A stretch of 64,000 nt of DNA from positions 448,001 through 512,000 of the forward strand of contig CP000068.1 of the NCBI GenBank assembly GCA_000002445.1, given 5' to 3'. Shown here piece after piece: positions 21,225 through 36,139 of this stretch. The stretch comes from Trypanosoma brucei (Eukaryota). The notes beneath the pieces were generated by a model, which saw nothing but the letters and a program-made list of their open reading frames with translations, made no database searches and was not told where the DNA came from. Positions within the stretch are counted from its first letter, which is position 1, and each line of letters opens with the position of its first letter. Both the position numbers and the translations under genes were made by a program.

Positions 21225-23027
21225 CATGCATAAATAAAGGCATACGGGGAGAGAACCAAAAACCAAACAAATAGTAATACACTCACTGCTTGGTTTCGTA
21301 AATTTGCATTTCCTTAACATCGCGTGCCCGTATACATGTTCATAAATTTGTATTTATAAATGAATAGGTGTTTGTGCATGTTTGTTTGCGCCCGTGTTGC
21401 GTAACGCATTTATTATTTTCATCTTTTCCCGAACTGGATAACATTCATTCAAATATTTCACTGTCCTTACGTAATTAAATGAAAAATTCTTCCTCTCCTT
21501 TCCTTTATTTTCTTTTTCCTGCTTTTCCTTGCGCTTTTCATCTCCTGTTGTGGCTTTGGCCAATGGCGGCCCACCCACACCAGTGACGCAACATTTAAGC
21601 TGCGGCAGAAAAGTCATAAGAAGTGGGAAGAACAAAAACTAAAGAAGCTCCGGGAGAAACCAAAAGTAAACAACAACAACAAAAAAAAAAGAAAAAAGAA
21701 AAAAGGGACCACTTAAAAGGAGTCGCCTCTCTTCTTCTTCTTCTCTCCCTTCTTCATCTTTACAAATAAGATAAGGTAATAAAAATAACAATACTAATCA
21801 AAAGTAGCAGAGAGTTTTTACACAGCAGAGGGAAACAGACAGAGAATGAGGCAATTTCGTTTTTTTTTTAAACTTTCTTTCTCAACATCATCACTTTTCT
21901 GTTTTCCCTTATAAAAGCGGCACAACACGTTTCCCGTGAGACGGAACAGTAACATGTCGTTAAACCGAATACTCAACAATCCCATACGCCAAACCTGCAG
22001 TGCAAGTTCTTTCTTATTATGATCATTTATTATTTTTCTTCCCTGCTTCTTTTCTCTCTTCCAACTTCTTTGAATACTGTCAAATGTCCTCACCAAAACA
22101 ATAATAACAACTACATACGAAAAAAAAATAATAATAATAATAATAGTAATGTAGTAGACAAACAAAAAAAAAAGCGAGTTTAATAATAATAATAATATAA
22201 AGAAGAAACGAAGAGCAAACACGTACACATGAAAGCTTCCTAAATAACTTTTCACGCAACATTCATTCACATGTGCTTCATTCGCTTCATCCATTTGCAT
22301 TCCCCAACCTGCACTCGGTTTAAGCACCTTTTATTTCCGTACCTCATTCAATCTTCAGCACACGCACAAGAAAACCAAAAAAAAAAACCAAAAAAAAAAC
22401 CAAAAAGAAAATAACACACAGGTAATAAAGACGTGGCCACGGAGGGAAAACAACAACAACAACAACGAAAGAGCGTGAAGTGAAAAATAAATGGAAACAA
22501 TGGAGCATATGCACACAGTCAAACCTGAAGAAACGGAAAACAACACACACACAAACATAACATGTCCGAGCAAAATAACTAACAAATACATTGCATATAT
22601 TGCAAGTACATACAAAATTCATTGTAGGGATGAGAAGAATAACAAAACATAAATAAAAACAGAAATAAAAGTAGAACACAAGCGTGGAAATAATAACAAA
22701 ATTCCTCCCCTTCCGTTCACCTCAAAATGTGGAGTAGTGATGCCCAAAAGGGCTGCATATTTTTAAGTGATGTAAAAAGGAGGGAGAAATGAGCAAATGA
22801 AGGAAAAACATGGAAATACGCTGCGTGCACATACGTACACACCCACCCACCCACAGATCTACTTTAGTAGCAGAGCATGATAAAATCTACCAAAAAACAG
22901 TAATGAATAACACGACGACCTAAACAAAAAAAAGGAGGAAAAAAAAACAACAACAACAACAACCAGCAGCAATACGAAAAAAAAAAAACTGCTTAAAAGA
23001 AAAATGATTAAAAAAATTCGAACCATT

Positions 23028-26387
<3,360 letters not shown>

Positions 26388-27299
26388 TTACCGACCACTT
26401 CTCTTACTTTATTATTATTATTATTTTTTTTTTTTACAGACTCACGCCCACACGAGCACTCTTAGGGATTCTCGAATAACCTATCACTCACTTTCTCTAT
26501 ATTTTCTTGACTTTCGTTTCCCAAGCCAGTGTCGATAGGCTTTCCCCTTAGTTCACACCCCTTTTGCTTCGGTTTTTTTCCTGTTCCTTTCCTTCCCACG
26601 AGACGACCTACCTCAGTTGCTGTGTTGTTTTCTTATATCTTTTTTAAAAAAAAATTTAGTGTTCTTTATATTATTTGCGTTATGCGTTACGATTAGTTGC
26701 GGCGACGGCTATTTGCGAATCGGTGAAGTACGGAAGGGGCGGAAGAAATAGAGTAAGAAAGGGAAGGAGGGAGAAACAAATTAAGAGCATGTGTCGATAA
26801 GACTCCGTTTAGCGACTTGGATGAACAGTGGCAATGGTATATCGACTCCTGGAATGGGAAAACAAGGCAATAAAGCGATAGTTAACACCTAGAGAGGAGA
26901 GACAAGCACACTATGAGTAATCGCAACAATACATCCGGGATGTCCAAACACAAAAACATGGATAGTCGAAAAGGCAGGCCGACAACGGCAACGCGCTGAT
27001 ATATATATATATATATATAGTTGCCCCGCGTAGACAGAAATTATTGACTCCCTCCCCCCCAAAAAAAGGGAGTGACTTTGAAAGTAACAAGCACCAACCA
27101 GAACGATGAGTATGGAAGGCTATGGTATGACTTCGTGTGGCCAGAGACATGGGAGGCTACCAGACCCCGTGGTGGGAAACCTGAAACAATTTCCTTTCTT
27201 TATGTGCAACTCTAAGATATTCGTCAGCGCCTTTACGGTGTTATCTTCTTAGACCTCCTTCTCTATACCAATGCCGTCGACTTCCACCCCGCAGAATTA

Positions 27300-28931
27300 C
27301 TACGCACTGGTTGGCGACTGCGGAAACAGGGCTTCTACACGACTTGCTGCAAGTCTCAACTTTTCTTGTAAGTAACTTAAGCCTTCGTCCTGGTTCTGCA
27401 GCGGGCGTTTCTCACCCTTCGCCTGCGCTTTTCTGTTTTCACACTGAGCCTCTTCAAGCAACTGACGAATTATGTCATCACCCAGTGGGGGTGGGACTTC
27501 CTTCGACCACTCTGGCCTCGGAATACCAACAAGATGCTCCACACCCGCTGTGGGGCATAATGCCTCAAGCCTCTGCAGCCGCTGAAGAGCAGAGAGTTCA
27601 GTATTAATGGATTTTAGGCGGACCTGCAGCACTCGTTGGTCACGCGCCTCCCGCATGTAGGAGTTTCCAATTGCCTTCACGGATACCGTCGATGTTGTAT
27701 CCCCTGTACTTGGGCGGCCAAACGGTATATCATCCTCAGTGTCATCACCGTCGAATTCGGCGCTTCCCTTCTGGTAGTTCAAAGGGCCGCGGACCTCACG
27801 AAACCATCTAAGCCGCTCCTCCAGGGCTTCAGCCCGCTCCGTGTCCATGTCATACGGTGACGGCTCATTTGTGAAGTCCGTTTTGAGCAACTCCATTACC
27901 CGACGGTCCTCTTCTGCCGTAAGACCAATTCCACGGACAAACGGTTTAGCAGCTTTTTTGAACCTAACAATACGACCACCCCGGGACCTCGAGGATGCCG
28001 ACTTCTCCGTTGCGCTCGCCGCCCTAACACTCTCGACGGGAGTCCGACCTTGAATTGCCGCACTCTCCTCTCCTCCTTCTTCCTCTTCCTCTTCCTCTTC
28101 CTCTTCCTCGACATCTTCATCACCCCCTTCGTCTTCCGCGTTTACTGGAACAAGCAACTTACCGTCCTTATCCGTGTATATACGGTACTCTACACCATCG
28201 TCGTCCATTACATTCACAAATGGATCTGCGTCACCTCCAACCTTCTCTGCTTCGGTCTTAACCTCCGCATTCTCTTCGCAACCCGCAGCTTTTCCACTAG
28301 GCATGTTCCGTCCCTGTCCTTGTCCGTGCAGGTGCTTGACGAAGGTGGCAGAGTTCGCCTCCAGAAAGTGCAGCAACCGACTGTCACGGAGGCGTTCAAG
28401 GTCCTCTTTGGTAAGTGTGATATGCTGACCACCATTGACAAGCGTGACGCTCTTCTGAAGAAGTTGCTCGGCTCTCGCTAGCGAAGACAACGAAAGCGAC
28501 GGGGCCACTGACACGGTGGTAGCAGTGGTGGTGTTCATGACACTCACAAAATCATCCCCGCTGCTACTGTCACAGGCGGTGAAATCTAACGTTTCAGTAC
28601 CATCACCTTCCATTTGTGTGAGAAGTAGGCGGTTGGTGAGGGCCTGCATAAACACACGGGAGGTCGTCGATCCCCGCTGCAACTCGATGGCATCGTCATC
28701 CTGATCAGATATCGGGCTTTCGACATCCCTAATATCAAAAACATCTCCGCTACTATTGATGGGGCTTTGAATACCGCTGTCACTGCTCCCGCCCCCTCCA
28801 TAATTGTCACTCGAAGAGCGAGATGTGACGCAGCCGGCGTCTGACATAATGCCTTTATGTGATACGGTGGCAGAACAACAAACAGACAAACACACATGCA
28901 CATACATATATAAAAAAAAGATGATTTCCAT
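27300..28931 (-). CDS. Hypothetical protein with a poly-Glu tract (ORF 543 aa). The probable real start is the Met at 28845-28847 (MSDAGCVTS...), because the first 28 codons are low-complexity.
   Basis: Long ORF with coding-like composition and an EEEEEEEEEEEEGGEE acidic run. No recognisable domain. Confidence 0.55.
   Translation of the reverse strand: MEIIFFLYMYVHVCLSVCCSATVSHKGIMSDAGCVTSRSSSDNYGGGGSSDSGIQSPINSSGDVFDIRDVESPISDQDDDAIELQRGSTTSRVFMQALTNRLLLTQMEGDGTETLDFTACDSSSGDDFVSVMNTTTATTVSVAPSLSLSSLARAEQLLQKSVTLVNGGQHITLTKEDLERLRDSRLLHFLEANSATFVKHLHGQGQGRNMPSGKAAGCEENAEVKTEAEKVGGDADPFVNVMDDDGVEYRIYTDKDGKLLVPVNAEDEGGDEDVEEEEEEEEEEEGGEESAAIQGRTPVESVRAASATEKSASSRSRGGRIVRFKKAAKPFVRGIGLTAEEDRRVMELLKTDFTNEPSPYDMDTERAEALEERLRWFREVRGPLNYQKGSAEFDGDDTEDDIPFGRPSTGDTTSTVSVKAIGNSYMREARDQRVLQVRLKSINTELSALQRLQRLEALCPTAGVEHLVGIPRPEWSKEVPPPLGDDIIRQLLEEAQCENRKAQAKGEKRPLQNQDEGLSYLQEKLRLAASRVEALFPQSPTSA
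28063..28109 (-). repeat. Coding hexanucleotide repeat (CTCTTC on plus, GAAGAG on the coding strand) that encodes the poly-Glu run of the 543-aa protein
   Basis: Plus-strand tcctcttcctcttcctcttcctcttcctc at 28081-28109 with imperfect copies upstream. It translates to EEEEEEEEEEEE. Confidence 0.8.
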
Positions 28932-29822
28932 ATGCTTTCGATAACCTGAAGCTGTGGGCAGTGAAGCACATGTGCCCCCACCAACATCCGGTAGGCAATG
29001 AAAATATCCATCAATGGATGGACCAGTACACTTTCAACAGCAAACGAATGTTAATTCGGAGAGTGAAACTCACACAGGAAACATAAATGAGCCAATAAAT
29101 GGCATTACATGAGCACAGGTGCACACACCAAAGCATACAGCACCAACTGGAAAAAAAAGGATAGAAAAAGATGGACGCTAAGTTTTCTATTACGTCCCAT
29201 GTACAGCATGAGGGCTTTTCGTTCCTCACACACGCGCACAGATGCCGCGCTTTCCCAGACAGACAGTCCTCTCCAGCCCACGCTTATGACTGATAGCGGT
29301 TACAGCGTACATTTAGTTAGGTGGGGAAATGCGTAGGGAAAGATCATTTGCATGAAACCCGGGTCAGCGATTTAAAAAAAAAGAAAAAAAAAATAAGGTA
29401 CACGAAAAGGGTTACGCTGCTGGTACGTTACCAGTGACCGCGTTGACACTCAGACACACACGTGTAGAAGCTCCCGATTTGAATCCTGATCCCCATTTTT
29501 ATGAATTGTTTACTCGCAGAACACAAAAATGTGTAAGGCATTTGATGACCTCGCGTACATGCCTCCAATCCATGAAGAGATCAAAATTACATGGACACAC
29601 TGCTACCTACATCAGACCAGACTTTCAAGAAGGTGGGAAACACCCAAGGTAAGGTTCAGCACAAAGGTTAAAGGATAACCAACTTACACAGAAAAATATG
29701 CAATGTAGGTAGAAACGGCGAGAACGTGGGGTAGAAAAAAAATATAAAAGACTGTGCCGGCGGCAAGAATATCACTGCACTCATTTGTTTGCTTTCATCA
29801 AAGCAAATCCATCTCGACTGCA

Positions 29823-30761
29823 TCAGCTCGTTCCACTGTATGTCGGTGATTCCCCCGTATACCAATCAGGGAAGCCTGTCTGATCTTCTGCCTTCTCCCG
29901 CAGCTGCCGTACACTGTCGTTAGCGGTTTCCTTCACCTCCACTTGATACCTCGTCCCTACAGCACTTTGCTCTCCATCCTCCGAGAGCATACTCGCTAAT
30001 GCATCCGCTGACAGCGACTCTTCTTCTGTGTTTGAGCCCACAGCTTCCGAAGTCGCAGGGCTGGACGCCTCCTTATTGACGTGTGGTTGTGTACGAGACA
30101 CAATTGCTGTGAGCTTAGCACCAGACTGCGTGGTTTCTCCCTGTTCCTTTGCAAGGAGCGAGACCTGATGCGGTGTGAGCTGCTCCTTGTGCAACTTAGC
30201 CAACACGCCCAGAACAACTGTGGCCTCGCGCATTGTAATAAAACGGCCCGTTAGCTTTGCTTCCTCTGCTTGTATAGCTGCCACACGTTTCTTCACCGCC
30301 AACCCACTGTAAAACCCCTGTAATACCTTTCTTATAGCTTCGCCGTGGTCAACACCCCTACGTTTAAGTTCATAGTATTCCTTCTCCATTGTGTCCAAAG
30401 GTTTTCGCACCCAGAATATGTTGTAATACCGCATGCCCTCCGACGCGACAAGGCGGCTCTTCCGAGCCAATTCGTCTCGAAGGGCCACACGCTCTGGGCT
30501 AAGTGTGCTTGTGTCGTCTTGTGTCGGTTCACTTGCATTGTGGGGGTTAAGGGTTTTTTCCTGCTGAAAGTTGTGGTTAATGGGTGGGAACATGCGGAAA
30601 TGGTTGTACCATTCGGGTGGAATGTAAAAACCAGTGCCAACGAGGCGCCCCATGCGCTTCATATGTTCCCATGGCTCGTACTTTTCATTCCATGTGTCGA
30701 AACGGGGGGCAACACCCATGTTTTTTGGCATCTTGTACCGCCGCACTACACATTGTCGCAT
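29823..30761 (-). CDS. Hypothetical conserved protein, 312 aa (N-terminal basic, Trp/Tyr-rich region; possibly organellar)
   Basis: ATG confirmed at 30759-30761. No domain recognised by eye. Confidence 0.5.
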   Translation of the reverse strand: MRQCVVRRYKMPKNMGVAPRFDTWNEKYEPWEHMKRMGRLVGTGFYIPPEWYNHFRMFPPINHNFQQEKTLNPHNASEPTQDDTSTLSPERVALRDELARKSRLVASEGMRYYNIFWVRKPLDTMEKEYYELKRRGVDHGEAIRKVLQGFYSGLAVKKRVAAIQAEEAKLTGRFITMREATVVLGVLAKLHKEQLTPHQVSLLAKEQGETTQSGAKLTAIVSRTQPHVNKEASSPATSEAVGSNTEEESLSADALASMLSEDGEQSAVGTRYQVEVKETANDSVRQLREKAEDQTGFPDWYTGESPTYSGTS

Positions 30762-31301
30762 GGATGTAAACCCCTATGTGAATATGCGTTAATGTTACAC
30801 CCAACTGTCCACGGGATTATATACACGTGTCTTCCCTTTGTAGCGAACGAGAGGAAATTAATAATAACGGCGGTGGCAAGGGGAAGAACCTGAGAGGGGA
30901 ACTAGTCGTTTGTGCATGCACTATCACACATACGCGGGCGAGAGGGGGATGTGACAAAACAAGTGTTTATAGTAGGATATAGTGGCGCGCACACAAATAA
31001 GAAAGGTAAGAAGAAAGTGTGTGGCCGAAAAAAAAAATCACTCGCTCGTGCTCAGTCTCTGATTTTCCCTCTTTTGCCTTCTTTGAGGAGAGCATCTCAT
31101 TTTTCGCGCCCCCCTTCTTTCTTGGATCTCTCCATTGTTCCCCCTTTTCGAAAAGTAATGGGAATGAGCGTCACCAGAAATATAATGAATTAGAAAAAAA
31201 ACCTACCGTGAAATAATGCGCAAAACAATAGCCTGAAATTGCCAAGCATCACCGCATAAAACTCTACCGGCGGCACCGGATTGGCGCAACAACTTTCACA
31301 T

Positions 31302-31405
<104 letters not shown>

Positions 31406-32258
31406 GCACTCACTAACACAAAACTACAACAATAGTAAAACAATGGCCAAGGAAGAAAGAGGGTAGTGAGTGCATATAAAAAAAATAATATATATGTACC
31501 GCTTGTGTAAGCGAAGAACCCTCAACATTTCCATGGAAATGAAAATAAGGCAAGAGAGATACGCAAAACGGGGCGGGATGAGTATTCCGAACGCTCTAAA
31601 TGCGGAGCGTTAAAATAATGGAAAAACTGAAACCCCTAACCGGCAACACGATCATCACACCGACAAATGCACACGAATAAGTGTGTAAAATCGCGTACAG
31701 ACGGACTGCGGCCACACTTGTGGATATTTATGGGCCTTTTTTTTGGTGTAAAAATAACAACCTGTAGTGAAGCAACCCACAGGCGAATAAACCCCCTTCC
31801 TTACCACAACACAACTACCCATTGTCCCTGCAATGCTGTCGACATGGATACTTTCGCCTAAGCCAAACCCATTGATATACTTTCCCTCCTTCCGTCGGTG
31901 GTGAACCTGTTCAAACAATATGAGGTTTAAACCGTTGGCAGGCTTGTCCACACAGTGCCGCTCCATTAACATTCATCCCTTTATTTCATACTGCACTGAA
32001 ACGCTCCTGCCCTCCATCACATTCCTCCCACAGATTTGTCTACTCGTAATTTACCCTACGTTATCGCCTTCACTCCTCTAATAAACCTTAGCTTAGAGGA
32101 CACACATATTAGGATGCAGCACGTGTGAATGCGGTCCGATGTGCTGGGTCCAGATTCCGCTGGTTACCACAGCACCACCATTCCTCTAAGAGTGATCACC
32201 CATACCCTTATTTTCTCATTTTCCGCCTTCCGTCGCCATTTCTTCTCTTCGTAGGCGG

Positions 32259-33686
32259 CTAGAGGATGAATTTCTTGATGTCCACCTTCTTCATCATGCT
32301 CTCGACAGAGTTCCTCACGTAAGCCGCATCAATAACAAACGTTTCCCCTTTTCTGTCAGGGCCGTCGAAACTGACTTCCTCCACAACCTTCTCTGTGATG
32401 GTGATAAGACGGCGTGCGCCTATATTCTGCACGGTGGAGTTGATGTGTGCAGCGATAGACGCGATTTCCCATAGCGCATCGTCGGTAAAGACAAGATCAA
32501 CACCTTCCGTTTTCATCATCATGACGTGCTGCTTAATGAGATTGTACCTTGGCTCCGTTATAATGCGATGAAAATCTTCCTTGGTGAGGGGCTTCAACTC
32601 TACACGAATAGGAAGCCGACCCTGCAGCTCCGCCAACATGTCAGACGGTTTCACGCTGTGGAAGGCGCCGCTACAAATGAAGAGAATCTTGTCCGTCTTG
32701 ATCTGCACGTTTCCCTTCGTAGAAACAGTTGTTCCCTCCACTAACGGCAACAGGTCCTGCTGAACACCCTCTGCAGAGGCCTGGTGTCCCTTGTAGCCAC
32801 CGGAAGCTGTTACGATTTTGTCGATCTCATCAATAACCACAATGCCATCCTCCTCACAGGCACGCAGCGCCTCAGCAGAAACATCCTCCGTGTCCACAAT
32901 CTTGTCGAGCTCCTCTTGCAGTACAGCAGGAATGGCGTCCTTTATCTTCATCACCTTCTTCACCGTCTGCGGACGCTGGCCACCGATCGACGAAGGAATT
33001 TCAAGTGAGATGAACACACCTTCATTCGTTCCTGAATTTTTCGGTTTTTCCTTCTTTTCCTGAAGCTCAACTATGACCTCAATATCGTCGAGGGCACCAC
33101 TCCGGAGGTGCTCGCGGAAGCCATCGGAAACGCCGGCGAGGGCCTTCAGAATGCGATTCTCCGCCTTCTGTCGTGCCGTTTCTTCATGCCGTCTCATGAT
33201 ATTTTGTTTTGTTTGCGTGAGCGAGGCCTTGTAGAGGTCTTCGATGATGCTCTCCACATCTCGGCCGTGAAATCCCACTTCGGTGAACTTTGTCGCCTCC
33301 ACCTTAATAAACGGAGCGTCCACCAACTTGGCCAGACGTCGCGCAATCTCTGTTTTCCCAACACCCGTAGGACCTATCATTAATATATTTTTGGGAGAAA
33401 TTTCTTCACGGATCGCCGCGTCCACCTGGTGGCGACGCCAGCGGTTACGCAGCGCCACCGCCACCGCTTTCTTCGCCTCCGTCTGTCCAATAATATAATT
33501 GTCCAGCTCCTGCATCAGTTCACGCGGTTTCATGTTACGGACAAGCGTTTTTCCAGAAGAGGAGTTCGGTGGGATTGCGGGAGACGCTTCAACGGCCGCC
33601 GCTCCCCCACTGAAGCGGACGTTGGGCCCTAAGCTTCTACCAAGCTTCAGTGCCGATGGTAATGAAGAAGTTACTCGCCGCATCAT
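32259..33686 (-). CDS. HslU1: HslU (ClpY) ATP-dependent protease ATPase subunit, mitochondrial, 475 aa
   Basis: Near-textbook HslU N-domain (IIGQTEAKKAVAVALRNRWRRHQV) and Walker A block (NILMIGPTGVGKTEIARRLAKLVDAPFIKVEATKFTEVGFHGRDVESIIEDL). N-terminal Arg/Ser-rich presequence MMRRVTSSLPSALKLGRSL. Paralogue numbering (HslU1 versus HslU2) is inferred from locus context. Confidence 0.85.
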   Translation of the reverse strand: MMRRVTSSLPSALKLGRSLGPNVRFSGGAAAVEASPAIPPNSSSGKTLVRNMKPRELMQELDNYIIGQTEAKKAVAVALRNRWRRHQVDAAIREEISPKNILMIGPTGVGKTEIARRLAKLVDAPFIKVEATKFTEVGFHGRDVESIIEDLYKASLTQTKQNIMRRHEETARQKAENRILKALAGVSDGFREHLRSGALDDIEVIVELQEKKEKPKNSGTNEGVFISLEIPSSIGGQRPQTVKKVMKIKDAIPAVLQEELDKIVDTEDVSAEALRACEEDGIVVIDEIDKIVTASGGYKGHQASAEGVQQDLLPLVEGTTVSTKGNVQIKTDKILFICSGAFHSVKPSDMLAELQGRLPIRVELKPLTKEDFHRIITEPRYNLIKQHVMMMKTEGVDLVFTDDALWEIASIAAHINSTVQNIGARRLITITEKVVEEVSFDGPDRKGETFVIDAAYVRNSVESMMKKVDIKKFIL

Positions 33687-34233
33687 TTATATTACAGGAG
33701 AGCTGTCGGTGCTGCCCGTTTCTACTTATACCTCGCCTTCCCCCCTTTGTTGCTCAGTTATCTTTACGCTGTCTTTATGTTCAGTCGCGCGAGGAGATTA
33801 AAAAAAACCAAGCTGTCGAAAAAGGAGCCAACCAAACGGCACTAAGTAGCGAGTCCACTTGGATGAATACTTACAACCTATATTGTTTACTCCCGCAGCG
33901 CTTCGAAACAAACAACTACGAGGCAACAGTGGGGGTAAAAAAAAAAACAAGCGGGAAAGATAAAGAAACTGAAAAATACAGGGAAAGAAGAGCTTTGTTC
34001 GTCTAAGCAGAAGGCAAGGTAACGAGAGTACGAAGTAAGACAGAACAATTATAGAAAGTGAAGCTGTCTCCAGAACAAGGTAAAGATGGTTGTGATCATC
34101 GAACGCTACGTCACGTCACATGGTTATTTAGCAGTGAGATCAGAACATCGAGGAGGAAGGTGAGATAAGGTAAAGAATATGCAACCGCTCACGAAATAGC
34201 ATATCAAATCATGTATGTATTGTGATGGACTCA

Positions 34234-35850
34234 CTAAACGGTATTGCTGAAAAGGATGTGCTGCTGCTTGCGCTTCAAGGGTGCCAGTGAGCGCGCTTTG
34301 TGCACGAGTCGGAGCAGACCAGTCAGAAGGATCCATTTCTGCCGCTCCATTATGGCCGAGGTGTATGTATCACGTGCGCCGACCTGCAGCTCCTCCTGCA
34401 GCACATTGAAGTAAAGCGCTGAGTACAAACCAAGACCGTACGGGGCGTATAGATTAGCAAGGAGAGGGTAGCGCCGCATTAACTCTTCTTGTCGTGCAAG
34501 TAGACCCGCCGCATCGTTCGGGAGATTTAACCGATGGGTGAAGGCATAAGCAACAAATTTGGATTGTGCCTCAAACAGAAGGAAGGGTGGAAGCAGTTCC
34601 TTTTGCATACCCACAAATCCAATGGACGGATTAGGGGCGAAGAGAGTACCAAGATAGAGACTGCGGTGGTCCACCGCTTTCGTAGCATTTGCAGACGTAT
34701 CATCGGCACATTTGTTACCTTTCTGCGGCAAGAAGCAAGTTGGTTTCTCTAGCACTTCTCTTATATCTTCGTGTAGAAAAGGATACCGCAGATGATAGCC
34801 GGTGGCGCATATTACGGCATCGACGTTATCCATAAAGACACTCTGTGGCAAATCACTATAGCCTGACGCTTTTCCTGCCATCGAACAAGCTCGCATCTCC
34901 TTCAACACTTCCACCTTTCCTAGACACTCGTTAGAAAATAGAATACCTTTTCCCTCGCATCCGATGGGTTGACCAAGGTTGGATAGACGACCCCATATGG
35001 CACCGTTCCGAAAGCGCAGCCAATTCGAGACAACCTTATTGCCCCTGGCAACGTCTTTCCGCCATCCCGGTGTGCGAGAGAGAAGTTGAACAGCAGCGCT
35101 AACTATATCACGCATGTTGGTCCCGTATGAACCTTTTATCAGCCCACTCTCGTCGCAGGAGTCGGAAAAATGTCCCTCATCCGGGAATGAGCATCCACTA
35201 TGATACACATCAGCCCCACAACGCTTTAGGTCCCAGCAGTAATCCCACGCAGTGACGTCATCTCCAACCACTACAACGCGCTTGTTTTTGAATTGCCGGA
35301 AATCCTTTACGTGGAAGGCGTGGTGAAGCTCCCCTCCACTCTCCACGTACGGGACCAAAAGCTCCCTCAATCCTTCCGGATACCGCGGCTCGTGCGCTTG
35401 CCCTGTACAGACACATACCTTATCAAATGCCCACTCAAACACATCGCCGTTGACAACGTTAACTGTAATGATGTGCCACACTGCGCTTGTGGCATCGTAC
35501 CGAACCGACTGCACCTTCGTGTTGAAACGCACAAGCCCCCCAACACCTTTTGATGCAGCGTACCGATCCAAGTACCGCCGAACAGAGGAATGGTGAGGAA
35601 ACTGCGGTACGGTGTAGTCAAAGCGCATGTCGCTGAACGCTAGCAAATCTTTCGGCAGGACACAACGCAGTGTGGGGTGCAATGGCGAAATGAGGCCACG
35701 CGTAGAGAAGGAGCTGCGCGTATCACTATTCCAAACCCCGCCAGGATCTGGGGCAAGCTCAAAGCAGGTCACCAACAATCCACTACGCCGCAATGCCATA
35801 CTTGCCGCCATACCGGCGGCACCACACCCAATCACAGCACAGGACTGCAT
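34234..35850 (-). CDS. FAD-dependent (flavin-containing monooxygenase-like) oxidoreductase, 538 aa
   Basis: N-terminal dinucleotide-binding motif AVIGCGAAGMAASMAL...FELAPDPGGVWN, typical of FMO and Baeyer-Villiger monooxygenases. Confidence 0.6.
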   Translation of the reverse strand: MQSCAVIGCGAAGMAASMALRRSGLLVTCFELAPDPGGVWNSDTRSSFSTRGLISPLHPTLRCVLPKDLLAFSDMRFDYTVPQFPHHSSVRRYLDRYAASKGVGGLVRFNTKVQSVRYDATSAVWHIITVNVVNGDVFEWAFDKVCVCTGQAHEPRYPEGLRELLVPYVESGGELHHAFHVKDFRQFKNKRVVVVGDDVTAWDYCWDLKRCGADVYHSGCSFPDEGHFSDSCDESGLIKGSYGTNMRDIVSAAVQLLSRTPGWRKDVARGNKVVSNWLRFRNGAIWGRLSNLGQPIGCEGKGILFSNECLGKVEVLKEMRACSMAGKASGYSDLPQSVFMDNVDAVICATGYHLRYPFLHEDIREVLEKPTCFLPQKGNKCADDTSANATKAVDHRSLYLGTLFAPNPSIGFVGMQKELLPPFLLFEAQSKFVAYAFTHRLNLPNDAAGLLARQEELMRRYPLLANLYAPYGLGLYSALYFNVLQEELQVGARDTYTSAIMERQKWILLTGLLRLVHKARSLAPLKRKQQHILFSNTV

Positions 35851-36139
35851 TATTACTGTTACTATATTTTTTTTTTCTACGGTGCCTGCTTATCCGCCTA
35901 ACCCGGCACCGCCACAGCGAAATTGGAAAAAAAATGTCTTCCTCTTTCGTGAAGCGTGTTAAAACCTGAAGTGGAAAGACGGAGAGAAGGCAAGGGGGAA
36001 ACAAGGGGGAGAAGAAAGGTGACGCCGTGGATTTACGTAGCCTCAAAGAACAGTCACAGTATGTTTCAACAACTACTGAGAACGGCACGCCGGTGCACGT
36101 GGGTATCAAAAGCATCGCAATTTTTATTTCTTCCTGTTA

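Noticed and set aside
21818-22327. 169-aa minus-strand ORF in the 3.2-kb gap
   Set aside because: Dominated by poly-Ile/Leu/Phe runs from (AAT)/(ATT)-type repeats. It is not coding-like.
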